From Verrucomicrobiota bacterium (GTDB lineage Bacteria; Verrucomicrobiota; Verrucomicrobiia; Opitutales; Opitutaceae), in the NCBI GenBank assembly GCA_016235555.1, contig JACRKC010000004.1, positions 83,978-147,977 on the forward strand: 64,000 nucleotides of DNA, read 5' to 3'. The first letter of the stretch is position 1. Each line of letters starts with the position of its first letter. This document shows positions 53,385-62,021 of the stretch, one piece after another. The position numbers were made by a program, and so were the translations under genes. The notes under the pieces are model-generated. The model was not told the origin of the DNA and did no database searches. It was given only the letters and a program-made list of their open reading frames with translations.

Positions 53385-54875
53385 ATGTCTATCCGCCTGA
53401 CTGCCTTCTCTCTCGCCCTGGTCGTATCGCTGTCCGCCGCCGATGCGCCCCGGCCGAATCTCATCGTCATCAACATCGACGACCTCGGCTACGGCGAGAT
53501 CGGGCCGTTTGGCGGGCGCAACCGCACGCCGCACCTCGACCGCATGGCCGCCGAGGGGCGCAAACTCACGAGCCATTACGCCGCGCCGGTGTGCTCGCCG
53601 TCGCGCGCGTCGCTCATGACCGGGAGCTACGCGAAGCGCGCGCTGCCGATCCCGCATGTGCTCTTCCCGGCGGGCGCCGTCGGTCTGAATCCCGCCGAGC
53701 GCACGATCGCGGAAGTGCTGAAGGACGCCGGCTACACCACTGCGATGATCGGCAAGTGGCACCTCGGCGACCAGCCGGAGTTCCTGCCGACGCGACAGGG
53801 TTTCGATTCGTTCTTCGGGCTGCCTTACTCCAACGACATGGGCCCCGCCGCCGACGGCGTCAAAAGCGACCGCGGCAAGGAGCCCGCGGGGCCGAAGGCC
53901 GAGGCCGCGAAGAACAAAAAGACCAAGGCCGCCACCGCGGCTTCCGCTGACGACGAGGTGGGCCAGAAAGGCCCGGGCCAGCCGCCGCTCGCTTTGCTCG
54001 AAAACGAGAAGGTCGTCGGGCGCGTGCGCCGCGAGGAGCAGATCGATTTGCAGCGCCGCTACACGGAGCGCGCGGTGGGCTACATCCGCCAGAAGCACGA
54101 CCGGCCGTTTTTCCTCTACTTCGCGCCCAACGCCGTGCACTTCCCCCGCTACCCGCGCGACGAGTTCATGGGCAAATCCGGCCACGGCCTGCTTGGCGAC
54201 TGGGTGCAGGAGATCGACTGGAGCGTGGGCGAGGTGCTCGGCGCGCTGCGCGACACGAAGCTCGCGGACAAGACGCTCGTGATCTTCACGTCCGACAACG
54301 GCGGCCCGGTCGGACAAGGCGCGGTCAACACCCCGCTCCGCGGCGCCAAGGGCTCGACCTGGGAGGGCGGCGTGCGCGTGTGCACGCTCGCGTGGTGGCC
54401 CGGCCAGATCCCCGCGGGCACGAGCACCGACGCGATCACGACGATGTTCGACGTGTTGCCGACGTTCGCCGCGCTCGCCGGCGCCAAGCTGCCGGCCGAC
54501 CGGAAGATCGACGGCGTCGATCAATGGCCCGTGCTCGCCGGCAACCCGGCGAAGGCGCCGCGCGACACGTTTTTTTACTTCGCCGGCCTCACGCTCGAAG
54601 CCGTGCGCTCAGGCGCCTGGAAACTGCGCCTCGCGAGCGGCGAGCTGTTCAATCTGAAGGACGACATCGGTGAGGCGACGGACCTCGCCGCGCAAAAACC
54701 CGACGAGGTGAAACGCCTCCGCGCGCTCGCCGACACGATGGCGGGCGACCTCGGCCTCGACGGCCGCGGCCCCGGCTGCCGCCCGCTCGGGCGCGTGGAT
54801 CACCCGAAACCGATCATTGCGTTCGACGGCACCGTGCGGCCGGAACTGGCGGGGGAGAAAAAGGCGTTTCCATGA
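53385..54875 (+). CDS. arylsulfatase-family sulfatase, secreted
   Basis: Start MSIRLTAFSLALVVSLSAADA. PNLIVINIDDLGYGE and the formylglycine motif CSPSRASLMTG. Also GKWHLG and FTSDNGG blocks. Confidence 0.9.
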   Translation: MSIRLTAFSLALVVSLSAADAPRPNLIVINIDDLGYGEIGPFGGRNRTPHLDRMAAEGRKLTSHYAAPVCSPSRASLMTGSYAKRALPIPHVLFPAGAVGLNPAERTIAEVLKDAGYTTAMIGKWHLGDQPEFLPTRQGFDSFFGLPYSNDMGPAADGVKSDRGKEPAGPKAEAAKNKKTKAATAASADDEVGQKGPGQPPLALLENEKVVGRVRREEQIDLQRRYTERAVGYIRQKHDRPFFLYFAPNAVHFPRYPRDEFMGKSGHGLLGDWVQEIDWSVGEVLGALRDTKLADKTLVIFTSDNGGPVGQGAVNTPLRGAKGSTWEGGVRVCTLAWWPGQIPAGTSTDAITTMFDVLPTFAALAGAKLPADRKIDGVDQWPVLAGNPAKAPRDTFFYFAGLTLEAVRSGAWKLRLASGELFNLKDDIGEATDLAAQKPDEVKRLRALADTMAGDLGLDGRGPGCRPLGRVDHPKPIIAFDGTVRPELAGEKKAFP

Positions 54876-56464
54876 GCCGCGCAGAGCACACAGGTGGAGC
54901 GCGTTGCCCCCCACGCGCTGGTCTTGGGGCGGGAGCGGGTTTACCCCGCGACTCGTCGGGGCATAAAGCCCCTCCCACAAAAAGCGCGTTGGGGTCAACG
55001 CGCTCCACCCGCAAAGGGATCGCAGCGTTTTTCATTTTCGCCACCGTCCTCGCCGCCCAGCCCGTCCACCAAGCCACCGGCATCAAGATCGTCGAAACGA
55101 CGCCGACCTCCGCCGTCGTGTGGACGCGTCTCACGCGCGACGCCGACCGTGCGCCGGACGATGGTCCGCTGCCGGTCACGCACCTCTTCGATCGCACGAC
55201 CGGGAAGGAAATCCCGCTCAGGGACAACGCGACCTATGCCAACGCGCGGCCGGAAATCACCTTCCCGCCCGGCGCCGACCTCGGCTCGATCCGGGGCGCC
55301 GCGATCGGCGCGACCGGCGAGACGCGTGTGCGCTACCGCGCCGCCGGCACTGCGAGTTGGAGCGAAACGGCGTGGCGTGCCGTCGATGCGCAGCGCGATT
55401 TCACGGCGACGTTTGCGTTGAGTGCGCTGCGGCCGGGCGCGCGTTACGAGGTCGAAGTCGAAGGACGCCGCGATGCGAAGTCGGTCGCGACGAGCAGAGT
55501 CGCGGGCGGTTTCGTGACCGCGCCCGCGGCCGACGCGGCGGCGCGCGTGACGTTCTGCGTGATGACGTGCCAGCAATACGAGGACCGCGACCGCCCGGAT
55601 GGCTTCGAGATTTATCCGGCGATGCTGAAACTGCGCCCGGACTTTTTCGTAAACACGGGCGACGCGGTCTATTACGATCACGGTCCGGTGCACGCGGTGA
55701 CGGTCGGCCTCGCGCGTTACCACTGGGCGCGGATGTTCGGGTTCGACACGTTGCGTCAGTTCCACCGGCAGGTCGGCAGCTATTTTCTCAAGGACGATCA
55801 CGACGTGCTGACGAACGACAGCGAGCCGGGCACGCGGTCGGGCGACCTCACGTTTGCGGAGGGGCTCCGGATTTTCCACGAGCAGACCGGACTCGGTCGG
55901 CCGCCGTATCGGACGGTGCGTTGGGGCAAGCTGCTGCAAATCTGGCTCGTCGAGGGTCGCGATTTCCGCACGGCCGTCGGTGCGCCGAAAAACGCGCCGA
56001 AGACCATCTGGGGCGCCGACCAGATCGCGTGGGTGGAGCGCACGCTCGCGGCGTCGGACGCGGCGTTCAAGCTGCTCATCACCCCCACGCCGATGGTCGG
56101 CCCCGACCGTCCGCAGAAGGACGACAACTACGCGAACGCCGGCTACGGCGAAGAAGGCGCACGGCTGCGCGCGATGCTGGCGAAGCACAAGAATATCGTT
56201 GCGATCACCGGCGACCGCCACTGGCAATACGTCTCGGTCGATCCCGCGACCGGTCTGGAGGAATGGAGCGTGGGCGCGGCGAGCGACAAGCACGCCGGCG
56301 GCTGGAACGAGGACAAGCCGCGCGCGATGCACCGCTTCCTGCGCATCAAGTATGGCGGGTTTCTTTCCGGTGAAGTCGCCCCCGGTGCGAGCGGCGCGAA
56401 GCCCGTGCTCACGCTGCGGCTGCACGATGTGCACGGGAAGGCGGTATTCGAGGGGACGAAGTGA
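54872..56464 (+). CDS. PhoD-like alkaline phosphatase / metallophosphoesterase (start uncertain: ATG 54872 or TTG 54989)
   Basis: FFVNTGDAVYYDH, FLKDDHDV and AITGDRHWQYVS are PhoD-family metal-site blocks. The ATG at 54872 overlaps the sulfatase stop (ATGA), but codons 8-46 would then be encoded by a REP-like palindrome. The TTG at 54989 gives MGSTRSTRKGIAAFFIFATVLAAQP, a plausible signal peptide. Confidence 0.8.
   Translation: MSRAEHTGGARCPPRAGLGAGAGLPRDSSGHKAPPTKSALGSTRSTRKGIAAFFIFATVLAAQPVHQATGIKIVETTPTSAVVWTRLTRDADRAPDDGPLPVTHLFDRTTGKEIPLRDNATYANARPEITFPPGADLGSIRGAAIGATGETRVRYRAAGTASWSETAWRAVDAQRDFTATFALSALRPGARYEVEVEGRRDAKSVATSRVAGGFVTAPAADAAARVTFCVMTCQQYEDRDRPDGFEIYPAMLKLRPDFFVNTGDAVYYDHGPVHAVTVGLARYHWARMFGFDTLRQFHRQVGSYFLKDDHDVLTNDSEPGTRSGDLTFAEGLRIFHEQTGLGRPPYRTVRWGKLLQIWLVEGRDFRTAVGAPKNAPKTIWGADQIAWVERTLAASDAAFKLLITPTPMVGPDRPQKDDNYANAGYGEEGARLRAMLAKHKNIVAITGDRHWQYVSVDPATGLEEWSVGAASDKHAGGWNEDKPRAMHRFLRIKYGGFLSGEVAPGASGAKPVLTLRLHDVHGKAVFEGTK
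54893..55009. repeat. REP-like palindromic element lying inside the 5' end of the PhoD-like ORF
   Basis: ggtggagcgcgttgcccccc...ggggcgggagcgggtttaccccgcgac-tcgtcggggcataaagcccctccc...gcgcgttggggtcaacgcgctccacc. An outer inverted repeat encloses two small hairpins, the same architecture as the GTAGGTCGGG family. Confidence 0.7.
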
Positions 56465-56554
56465 TCGGGTTATCAGGGTTGGTGGTTACAGGAGGACGTA
56501 GAGAGCGCGGAGAACAAGCCGATCAAACCGCAAACTGGGCAACCCCCTTGGAAT

Positions 56555-56662
56555 GAGAGAACCACTGATAGCACTGATGGGCACTGATTCCGAATGGGCG
56601 ACGATAAGTGCTCATCGGTGGTTTCCACCTCTGCTTCCGCTGCGATCTCCCGTAAGATCGGT
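56555..56662. repeat. composite palindromic intergenic repeat (word-palindrome family, copy 2; reverse orientation relative to 1491-1590)
   Basis: gaaccactgatagcactgatgggcactgattccgaatgggcgacgataagtgctcatcggtggtttccacctctgcttccgctgcgatctcccgtaagatc. Its reverse complement parallels 1494-1590 module by module. Confidence 0.7.
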
Positions 56663-56700
56663 TTGAAGAATTCCTGCCTCTTCGTGTCCATTCGTGGTTC

Positions 56701-57726
56701 ATGAGATTTGTTTCACTCCTTTTTGCGTTGGCGGTGACGGCATTCGCCGCCGAGCGCCCGCGGCTCGCCGTGCTCACCGACATCGGCGGCGATCCGGATG
56801 ACCAGCAGTCGCTGGTCCGACTGATGGTCTACGCGAACGAATTTGAAATCGAACTGCTCATCGCGAGCGCGTCGGGCACGCGTGGCGAACTCAAGGAATC
56901 GATCACGCGCACCGATCTCATCCGTCAGGTCGTCGATGCGTATGGTGCCGTGCTGCCCAATCTGCGGAAACACGCAGAGGGCTGGCCGACGGCGGAGACG
57001 TTGCGGACCAGGATCGTCGCTGGAAACCACCTGCGCGGGCGCGAGCACATCGGCGTCGGGCACGACACCGCCGGGTCGCGCGCGCTGCTCGCGGCGATCG
57101 ACGCGGGCTCGGCGGCGCAGCCGTTGAACATCTCAATCTGGGGCGGGCAGACGGATTTTGCGCAGGCGCTGTGGCGCGTGAAGCAGGAGCGCGGCGCGGC
57201 CGGGCTGGCGGAGCTTGTGAAAAAATTCCGCGTCTACGACATCAACGACCAGGACGGCATCGCGGCCTGGATGCGCGCGGAGTTTTCCGGGATGAGCTAC
57301 CTTCTCGCGAGCGCGCCGTCGGGCCGCGACAAACGCGAAGGGCTTTATCGCGGCATGTATCTCGGGGGCGACGAATCGCTCACGAGCCGCGCATGGGTCG
57401 AGGAAAACGTGAACAGCCGCGGGCCGCTCGGCGCCCTCTATCCGACGAAAACCTGGACCGCGCCGAACCCGCACGCGTGCTTGAAGGAAGGCGATACGCC
57501 GTCGTGGTTTTTCTTCCTGCCGCGCGGCGGCAACGATCCCGCGGATCCGACAAAGCCGGGCTGGGGTGGACAATTTGTGCGCGAAGCGGACGGGTGGTGG
57601 CGCGACGTGCCGGCGAAGGCCGGTTTCGATCCGCGGACGACGGTGAGCCGGTGGCGCCCGGACTATCAGCGCGATTTCGCGGAGCGGATGAAATGGTGCG
57701 CGGCGGAGACTGGCGCGAAACGGTGA
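56701..57726 (+). CDS. DUF1593 (nucleoside-hydrolase-like N-terminal domain) secreted protein
   Basis: Signal MRFVSLLFALAVTAFAA. PRLAVLTDIGGDPDDQQSLVRLMVYANEFEIELLI is the hallmark DUF1593 opening block. Confidence 0.75.
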   Translation: MRFVSLLFALAVTAFAAERPRLAVLTDIGGDPDDQQSLVRLMVYANEFEIELLIASASGTRGELKESITRTDLIRQVVDAYGAVLPNLRKHAEGWPTAETLRTRIVAGNHLRGREHIGVGHDTAGSRALLAAIDAGSAAQPLNISIWGGQTDFAQALWRVKQERGAAGLAELVKKFRVYDINDQDGIAAWMRAEFSGMSYLLASAPSGRDKREGLYRGMYLGGDESLTSRAWVEENVNSRGPLGALYPTKTWTAPNPHACLKEGDTPSWFFFLPRGGNDPADPTKPGWGGQFVREADGWWRDVPAKAGFDPRTTVSRWRPDYQRDFAERMKWCAAETGAKR

Positions 57727-57743
57727 GATTTCCTCAAAACGAT

Positions 57744-57813
57744 CTTACAGGAGGTCGCAGAGGAAGCAGAGAATCCGACTTGGGTCCTTTGCGCTCTCTG
57801 CGTCCTCCTGTAA
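57744..57813 (+). terminator. hairpin just downstream of the DUF1593 gene (word-palindrome class)
   Basis: cttacaggaggtcgcagagg...cctttgcgctctctgcgtcctcctgtaa. Long inverted arms 18 bp after the stop, with no clear U-tract. Confidence 0.45.
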
Positions 57814-57837
57814 AATGTCTGGATCAAATCATCGGAA

Positions 57838-57913
57838 GGATGGCCACAAAAGGCTCAGAAGGCTCAAAAGTAAGGCCTTCTTTTTGCGCTTCTTGTGCCT
57901 TCTGTGGCCATCC
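57838..57913 (-). terminator. hairpin just downstream of the 57917..60292 gene (word-palindrome class)
   Basis: ggatggccacaaaaggctcagaaggc...gccttctttttgcgcttcttgtgccttctgtggccatcc. It lies 3 bp from the stop codon of the minus-strand gene. Confidence 0.45.
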
Positions 57914-57916
57914 ATC

Positions 57917-60292
57917 TCATTGCTTCGCGACGGTGGCGCGGAGGCTGATGCGACCCCGCAGCGTGCTGAGATCCACTGTGCCGCGATCGTCGACGGGGAG
58001 ATTGGTTGAGCCAACGGTCACGCCCGTCACGCGCCAGCCGTCGGGCACGCGGAGGCGGAGGAGGGTTTGCCTCGGTGCGTTGCGCGCGGGGAGCGTGACG
58101 TCGGCGACGATTTCGCCGGCGGCGAGTTTCGATTCCACGCGGAGCGCGACTTCGCCGAAGGCGGTGGGGGCGCGATCAATGGCGATGACTTTGCCGTCTT
58201 CGAGCCAGCGTTTCGGGGTGGCGAAGAGGAGGCGGAGCGTTTCGGGCTGGCCGTCGTCGTCGAGGTCGGGGTCTTGCACGAGGAGCGCGCGGAGCATCGA
58301 GAGAAAGTGCGCGTTGCCGGCGGTGTTGGGCGGGCAGTAAAAAATGCGGCCGCGTTCGTCGACAGGCGTGAGCGAGCAGCCTTCGCCGGCGATGAAGGTG
58401 TTGCGCGTGAAACCCTGCGCGAGCATGCCGTAGAAACTCACGAGCGCGCGTTCGGGTTCGTCGCGGCGCAGGACGTCGAGCGTGTAGCGGGTGCCGTAGA
58501 GTGGGTTCACGCGCTCGGAGCCGGTCCAGAAGTTGAACTCGTCGCCGCCGCTGCGGACCATGCCGAGGAAGATGCCGCCGTGCTGCTCCTGGTAGTGCGG
58601 GAGCCAGTTTTCCTCGGCGCGGCCGGGCGGGAAGATGCCGCTGCCGATGGTGTAGCCGATGATGATGTTCCAATAGCTGCCGATGCGGCTGTGGATGATG
58701 GGGTCGTGCACGGGCTCGTCGCTGAGGAGCGCGCTCGGGATGAAGGGCGGCGTGGTGTCGCGGCGCGTGCTGCGGGCGATGGCATCGAGCACGGTGGCGC
58801 GGAACTCGCGCGCGACGGCGGCATAGCGTGCGGCCTCGGCGCTCTCGCCGATTGCGGCGAGCACGGCGCTGAGGTCGCGGAGGGCGCGCCAGCCGTTGGC
58901 GTTGGCGCCGATGGCCTGCGCAGGCGTGCTGATGTCGCCGGCGTAGCGGCCGGCCGGGTAGAGGCCGTGCGGGCCGGTGCGCGTGTCGGCGAGGAGTCGT
59001 GCCTCCTTTTCCCACCGCGGGCGGAGCGCGCGCACGGCCTCGGCGTCGCGCGTCTGCCAGTAGTAGCGGCAGACATCGGCGATCTTGAAACCGGCTTGAT
59101 GGTGCTCGAGGCCCTTGCGCGTGAAATCGAGGAGCGGCGGCAGGACGCGCAGTGTGTCGCGCGTGTGGCCCCACCCGAGAAATGCGAGCGCGGCGTCGCT
59201 GCCCTCGGCCTCGTAGAGCTGCTCGTATTGGTTGCCGGCGCTGTAGAGCAGGCGGTCGCCGGAGATGAGGGAGTTGTTCTGCGCGATGAGCGCGCGCCAC
59301 GCGGCGTTCACCCGCGGTTCGGGGATCTCCACGTTCATGCCGGCGGCGATGAGCTGGCGCCACGTGGCGACGCATGACGCGCGTTGCGCGTCATAATCGA
59401 CCGCAGGCAACGCTTCGGGTTGAAGAGGCTTGGTCGCGATGGCGAGCGTGGCGGAGTTTTTCGCCGTGAGTTTGGCCTGCAGGCGCCGGCGGTCCCATTT
59501 CCAGTTGACGTCGGCCAGCGCAACCAGCCCGCCGGCTTGGTTCTTAAGTTTTCCCTCGCTGAATGTCAGCGGCGCCTCCTGATCGACGCTCACGGTGAGC
59601 GTGCCCGTGGCGCCCTGCGCGAGGGAGAATTTCACGAAGACGACACCGTTTTCGGCGAGCGCGGGATCGGTGCTGGCGAAAGCTTCGAGGCGATAGATCT
59701 CGGCACCGTCTTTGCGTTGCGGGCGCCGCTGCGTGAGCGGCACGGCGCCTTCGGACTGAATCGGCGAGGTGTGTTCGTAGCGGATCTCGGCGATGGGCAG
59801 CCAGCCCTCGGCGAGCGTGGGCTCGGCGGTGCGCGCGGGGAACGTGCCGAATACGAGTTCGTCCGGGCCGACGCGGAATGTGAACGGCACGCCGACATCG
59901 TGCCAACTCCGGGCGCCGCCGCGGAGATTCACGCCGCTGCCGTTGGAGATGAGGCGCGCCTTGGCCTTCGCGTTGGGCGCGCTGAGCACGATGGGATAGT
60001 GGCGGAAGTCGGCGTTGACGTAGCGCGGCGGCGGGAGGAGCGGCGCGAAGAACTCGTAGCTCGCGCCATTGGGCTGCGCCATCGCGGCCTCGCCCCAGAC
60101 GTCGCGTTTGGCGGCGAGGGCTTCGTCAAGGGTGGGGAGCGTGGCGGCGCGGGCGAACGAGACAACGGAAGCCAAGACGATCCAGAATTTGAGCCACAGA
60201 TGAATACAGATAGGCACAGATGAAATCAGACCGGAGCGGATGGCTGGTGCACTCAATTCAAACGTTCCTAATCTGTGTTTATCTGTGCCCAT
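57917..60292 (-). CDS. hypothetical secreted protein, probably an (alpha/alpha)6 six-hairpin glycosidase-like enzyme (start uncertain)
   Basis: 791-aa track ORF. The first ~30 codons are encoded by the 60192-60300 palindrome, so the true start is probably further downstream, before the hydrophobic WLKFWIVLASVVSFARA. The family call is weak. It rests on helix-rich repeats in the C-terminal two-thirds and the neighbouring hydrolases. Confidence 0.5.
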   Translation of the reverse strand: MGTDKHRLGTFELSAPAIRSGLISSVPICIHLWLKFWIVLASVVSFARAATLPTLDEALAAKRDVWGEAAMAQPNGASYEFFAPLLPPPRYVNADFRHYPIVLSAPNAKAKARLISNGSGVNLRGGARSWHDVGVPFTFRVGPDELVFGTFPARTAEPTLAEGWLPIAEIRYEHTSPIQSEGAVPLTQRRPQRKDGAEIYRLEAFASTDPALAENGVVFVKFSLAQGATGTLTVSVDQEAPLTFSEGKLKNQAGGLVALADVNWKWDRRRLQAKLTAKNSATLAIATKPLQPEALPAVDYDAQRASCVATWRQLIAAGMNVEIPEPRVNAAWRALIAQNNSLISGDRLLYSAGNQYEQLYEAEGSDAALAFLGWGHTRDTLRVLPPLLDFTRKGLEHHQAGFKIADVCRYYWQTRDAEAVRALRPRWEKEARLLADTRTGPHGLYPAGRYAGDISTPAQAIGANANGWRALRDLSAVLAAIGESAEAARYAAVAREFRATVLDAIARSTRRDTTPPFIPSALLSDEPVHDPIIHSRIGSYWNIIIGYTIGSGIFPPGRAEENWLPHYQEQHGGIFLGMVRSGGDEFNFWTGSERVNPLYGTRYTLDVLRRDEPERALVSFYGMLAQGFTRNTFIAGEGCSLTPVDERGRIFYCPPNTAGNAHFLSMLRALLVQDPDLDDDGQPETLRLLFATPKRWLEDGKVIAIDRAPTAFGEVALRVESKLAAGEIVADVTLPARNAPRQTLLRLRVPDGWRVTGVTVGSTNLPVDDRGTVDLSTLRGRISLRATVAKQ

Positions 60293-60300
60293 CTGTGGCT
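60192..60300. repeat. long word-palindrome hairpin (cacagatg words)
   Basis: agccacagatgaatacagataggcacagatgaaat...aatctgtgtttatctgtgcccatctgtggct. The arms are about 33 bp. It sits between the ggt stop (60310) and the next gene. Confidence 0.75.
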
Positions 60301-60309
60301 AAAAAATTC

Positions 60310-61950
60310 TCAGCGCATCGCGGCGGCGCTTTCGCCGGTGGCGGGATCGAACGACACGGCGCTCAGGGTCGCGCTCGCAGCGGGTTTTACTTTGTAGCCG
60401 AGCGTGGCGAGGGCCTTCAGTTCGTCGGCGGGCCATTTGGTTTCAGGCTCCAAGTTGACGGTGCCGTCGGTGTGGAGGCGCGGTGCGGCGAGAGCGGCGG
60501 CCATCAGCCGGTTGAAGACAACAAACTCGGTGAGGGCGGCGAGCGTGGCGTTGGGGATTTTGCGTCCGCCGCGTCCACCGATCGCGAGCACCGGGCGGCC
60601 GTCGCGCACGATGATCGAGGGGCACATGTTGTGGAGCGGGCGTTTGCCGGGGCCGGGCGAATTCGGGTGGCCGGGGACCGGCTCGAAGCGCGACATGCCG
60701 TGGCCGAGCGTGAGGCCGAGACCGTCGATCGTCACACAGGAGCCGAACGAGCCGCCGTGCGTCAGCGTGAGCGCGGCGAGGTTGCCCGCGCGATCGACGG
60801 CGCTGAGGTGGATCGTGCCGGGCGCGAGACGCGAATCGACCTTGTGCGTGAGGATGCGTTTCTCGGCGACGGCGGCGCGGACGCGGCCGGCGCACTCGCG
60901 CGCGTAGTCGTCGGAGAGCAGTTTCTCCTGCGGCACCTTCGCGTGGTCGGGATCGCCGAGCAGGGTGAGGCGGTCGGCCCACGCGAGGCGCAGCGCCTCG
61001 GCGTAGGTGTGCGTGCGCGTGAGGCCGGCGGGGATTTTTGCGAAGTCGAGCGCGCGAAGCGTGCGCAGCGTTTGCAGCATCGTGAACCCGCCAGCGGTGA
61101 GCGGTGCGGTGAACACCTGCGTGCCGTCGCCCCAGTCGAGGCGGAGCGGGGTGACTTCGCGCGCGCGGTGGGCGGCGAGGTCGGCGGCGGTCACGAGGCC
61201 GCCGTGCTTTGCGAAGTCGTCGGCGATTTTCTGCGCGATGTCGCCGCGATAAAAGGTCTCGACCGAGCCGCGTTGCGCGAGCGTGGCGAGCAGGTCGGCC
61301 AGTTCGGGATTGCGAAACGTGTCGCCGGCGGCGGGCGGCGCGCCGTTTTTGAGGAAGAGTTCTTTTCCGCCGGGATGCGTGGCGAAATGGGCTTGGAGGT
61401 TCTTCATCGCGTTGGCGATGGCGGCGGGCAGCGGAAAGCCGTCGCGGGCGAAACGGATCGCGGGCTGGACGAGCTCGGCGAATTTCCGCGTGCCGTGGCG
61501 GTCGAGCGCGAGCTGGAGGCCGGCGAGGATGCCGGGCACGCCGGCGGCGAGCCAGCCGTGCTCGTGGATGCGCCCGCGCACCTTGCCGGCGTCGTCGAGC
61601 GGAAACATGTCGGTGCGCGCGGCGGCGGGCGCGGTGGAGTTGCCGTCGATGGCGACGATTTTTTTGCCGTCGGCCGACGCGATCATGATCGAGGTGGCGT
61701 AGCCGCCGGGGCCGCACATCTGCGGCGTGACGACGGAGGCGACGAGCGCAGCGGCCACGATGGCGTCGACGGCGTTGCCGCCCGACGCGAGGATCTCGGC
61801 GGCGATTTTTTCGGCGGTGGGCTCGCCGCGCACGACGCCGTGGGGGAAGTCGGGTGCGGCGGCGGCGCGGAGGAGGCGCGGAAACGCGAGCGCGGACGCG
61901 GCGGCGCCGGCGGTGAGGCGGAGGGCTTGGCGGCGGGTGAGGCGGGGCAC
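60310..61950 (-). CDS. ggt: gamma-glutamyltransferase
   Basis: This is the 3' part of track ORF 60310..62340. A GTG start gives the Tat-like signal (M)PRLTRRQALRLTAGAAASALAF. GGNAVDAIVAA and the autoprocessing/nucleophile block GTIHLSAVDRAGNLAALTLTHGGSFGS. Confidence 0.85.
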   Translation of the reverse strand: MPRLTRRQALRLTAGAAASALAFPRLLRAAAAPDFPHGVVRGEPTAEKIAAEILASGGNAVDAIVAAALVASVVTPQMCGPGGYATSIMIASADGKKIVAIDGNSTAPAAARTDMFPLDDAGKVRGRIHEHGWLAAGVPGILAGLQLALDRHGTRKFAELVQPAIRFARDGFPLPAAIANAMKNLQAHFATHPGGKELFLKNGAPPAAGDTFRNPELADLLATLAQRGSVETFYRGDIAQKIADDFAKHGGLVTAADLAAHRAREVTPLRLDWGDGTQVFTAPLTAGGFTMLQTLRTLRALDFAKIPAGLTRTHTYAEALRLAWADRLTLLGDPDHAKVPQEKLLSDDYARECAGRVRAAVAEKRILTHKVDSRLAPGTIHLSAVDRAGNLAALTLTHGGSFGSCVTIDGLGLTLGHGMSRFEPVPGHPNSPGPGKRPLHNMCPSIIVRDGRPVLAIGGRGGRKIPNATLAALTEFVVFNRLMAAALAAPRLHTDGTVNLEPETKWPADELKALATLGYKVKPAASATLSAVSFDPATGESAAAMR

Positions 61951-62021
61951 GGTGTTCGGGCGAGTGGGAGATGGTAGTGTTTGCCTTTCAAGCACGAGGC
62001 GAGACGCCTCGTCCACGACGA

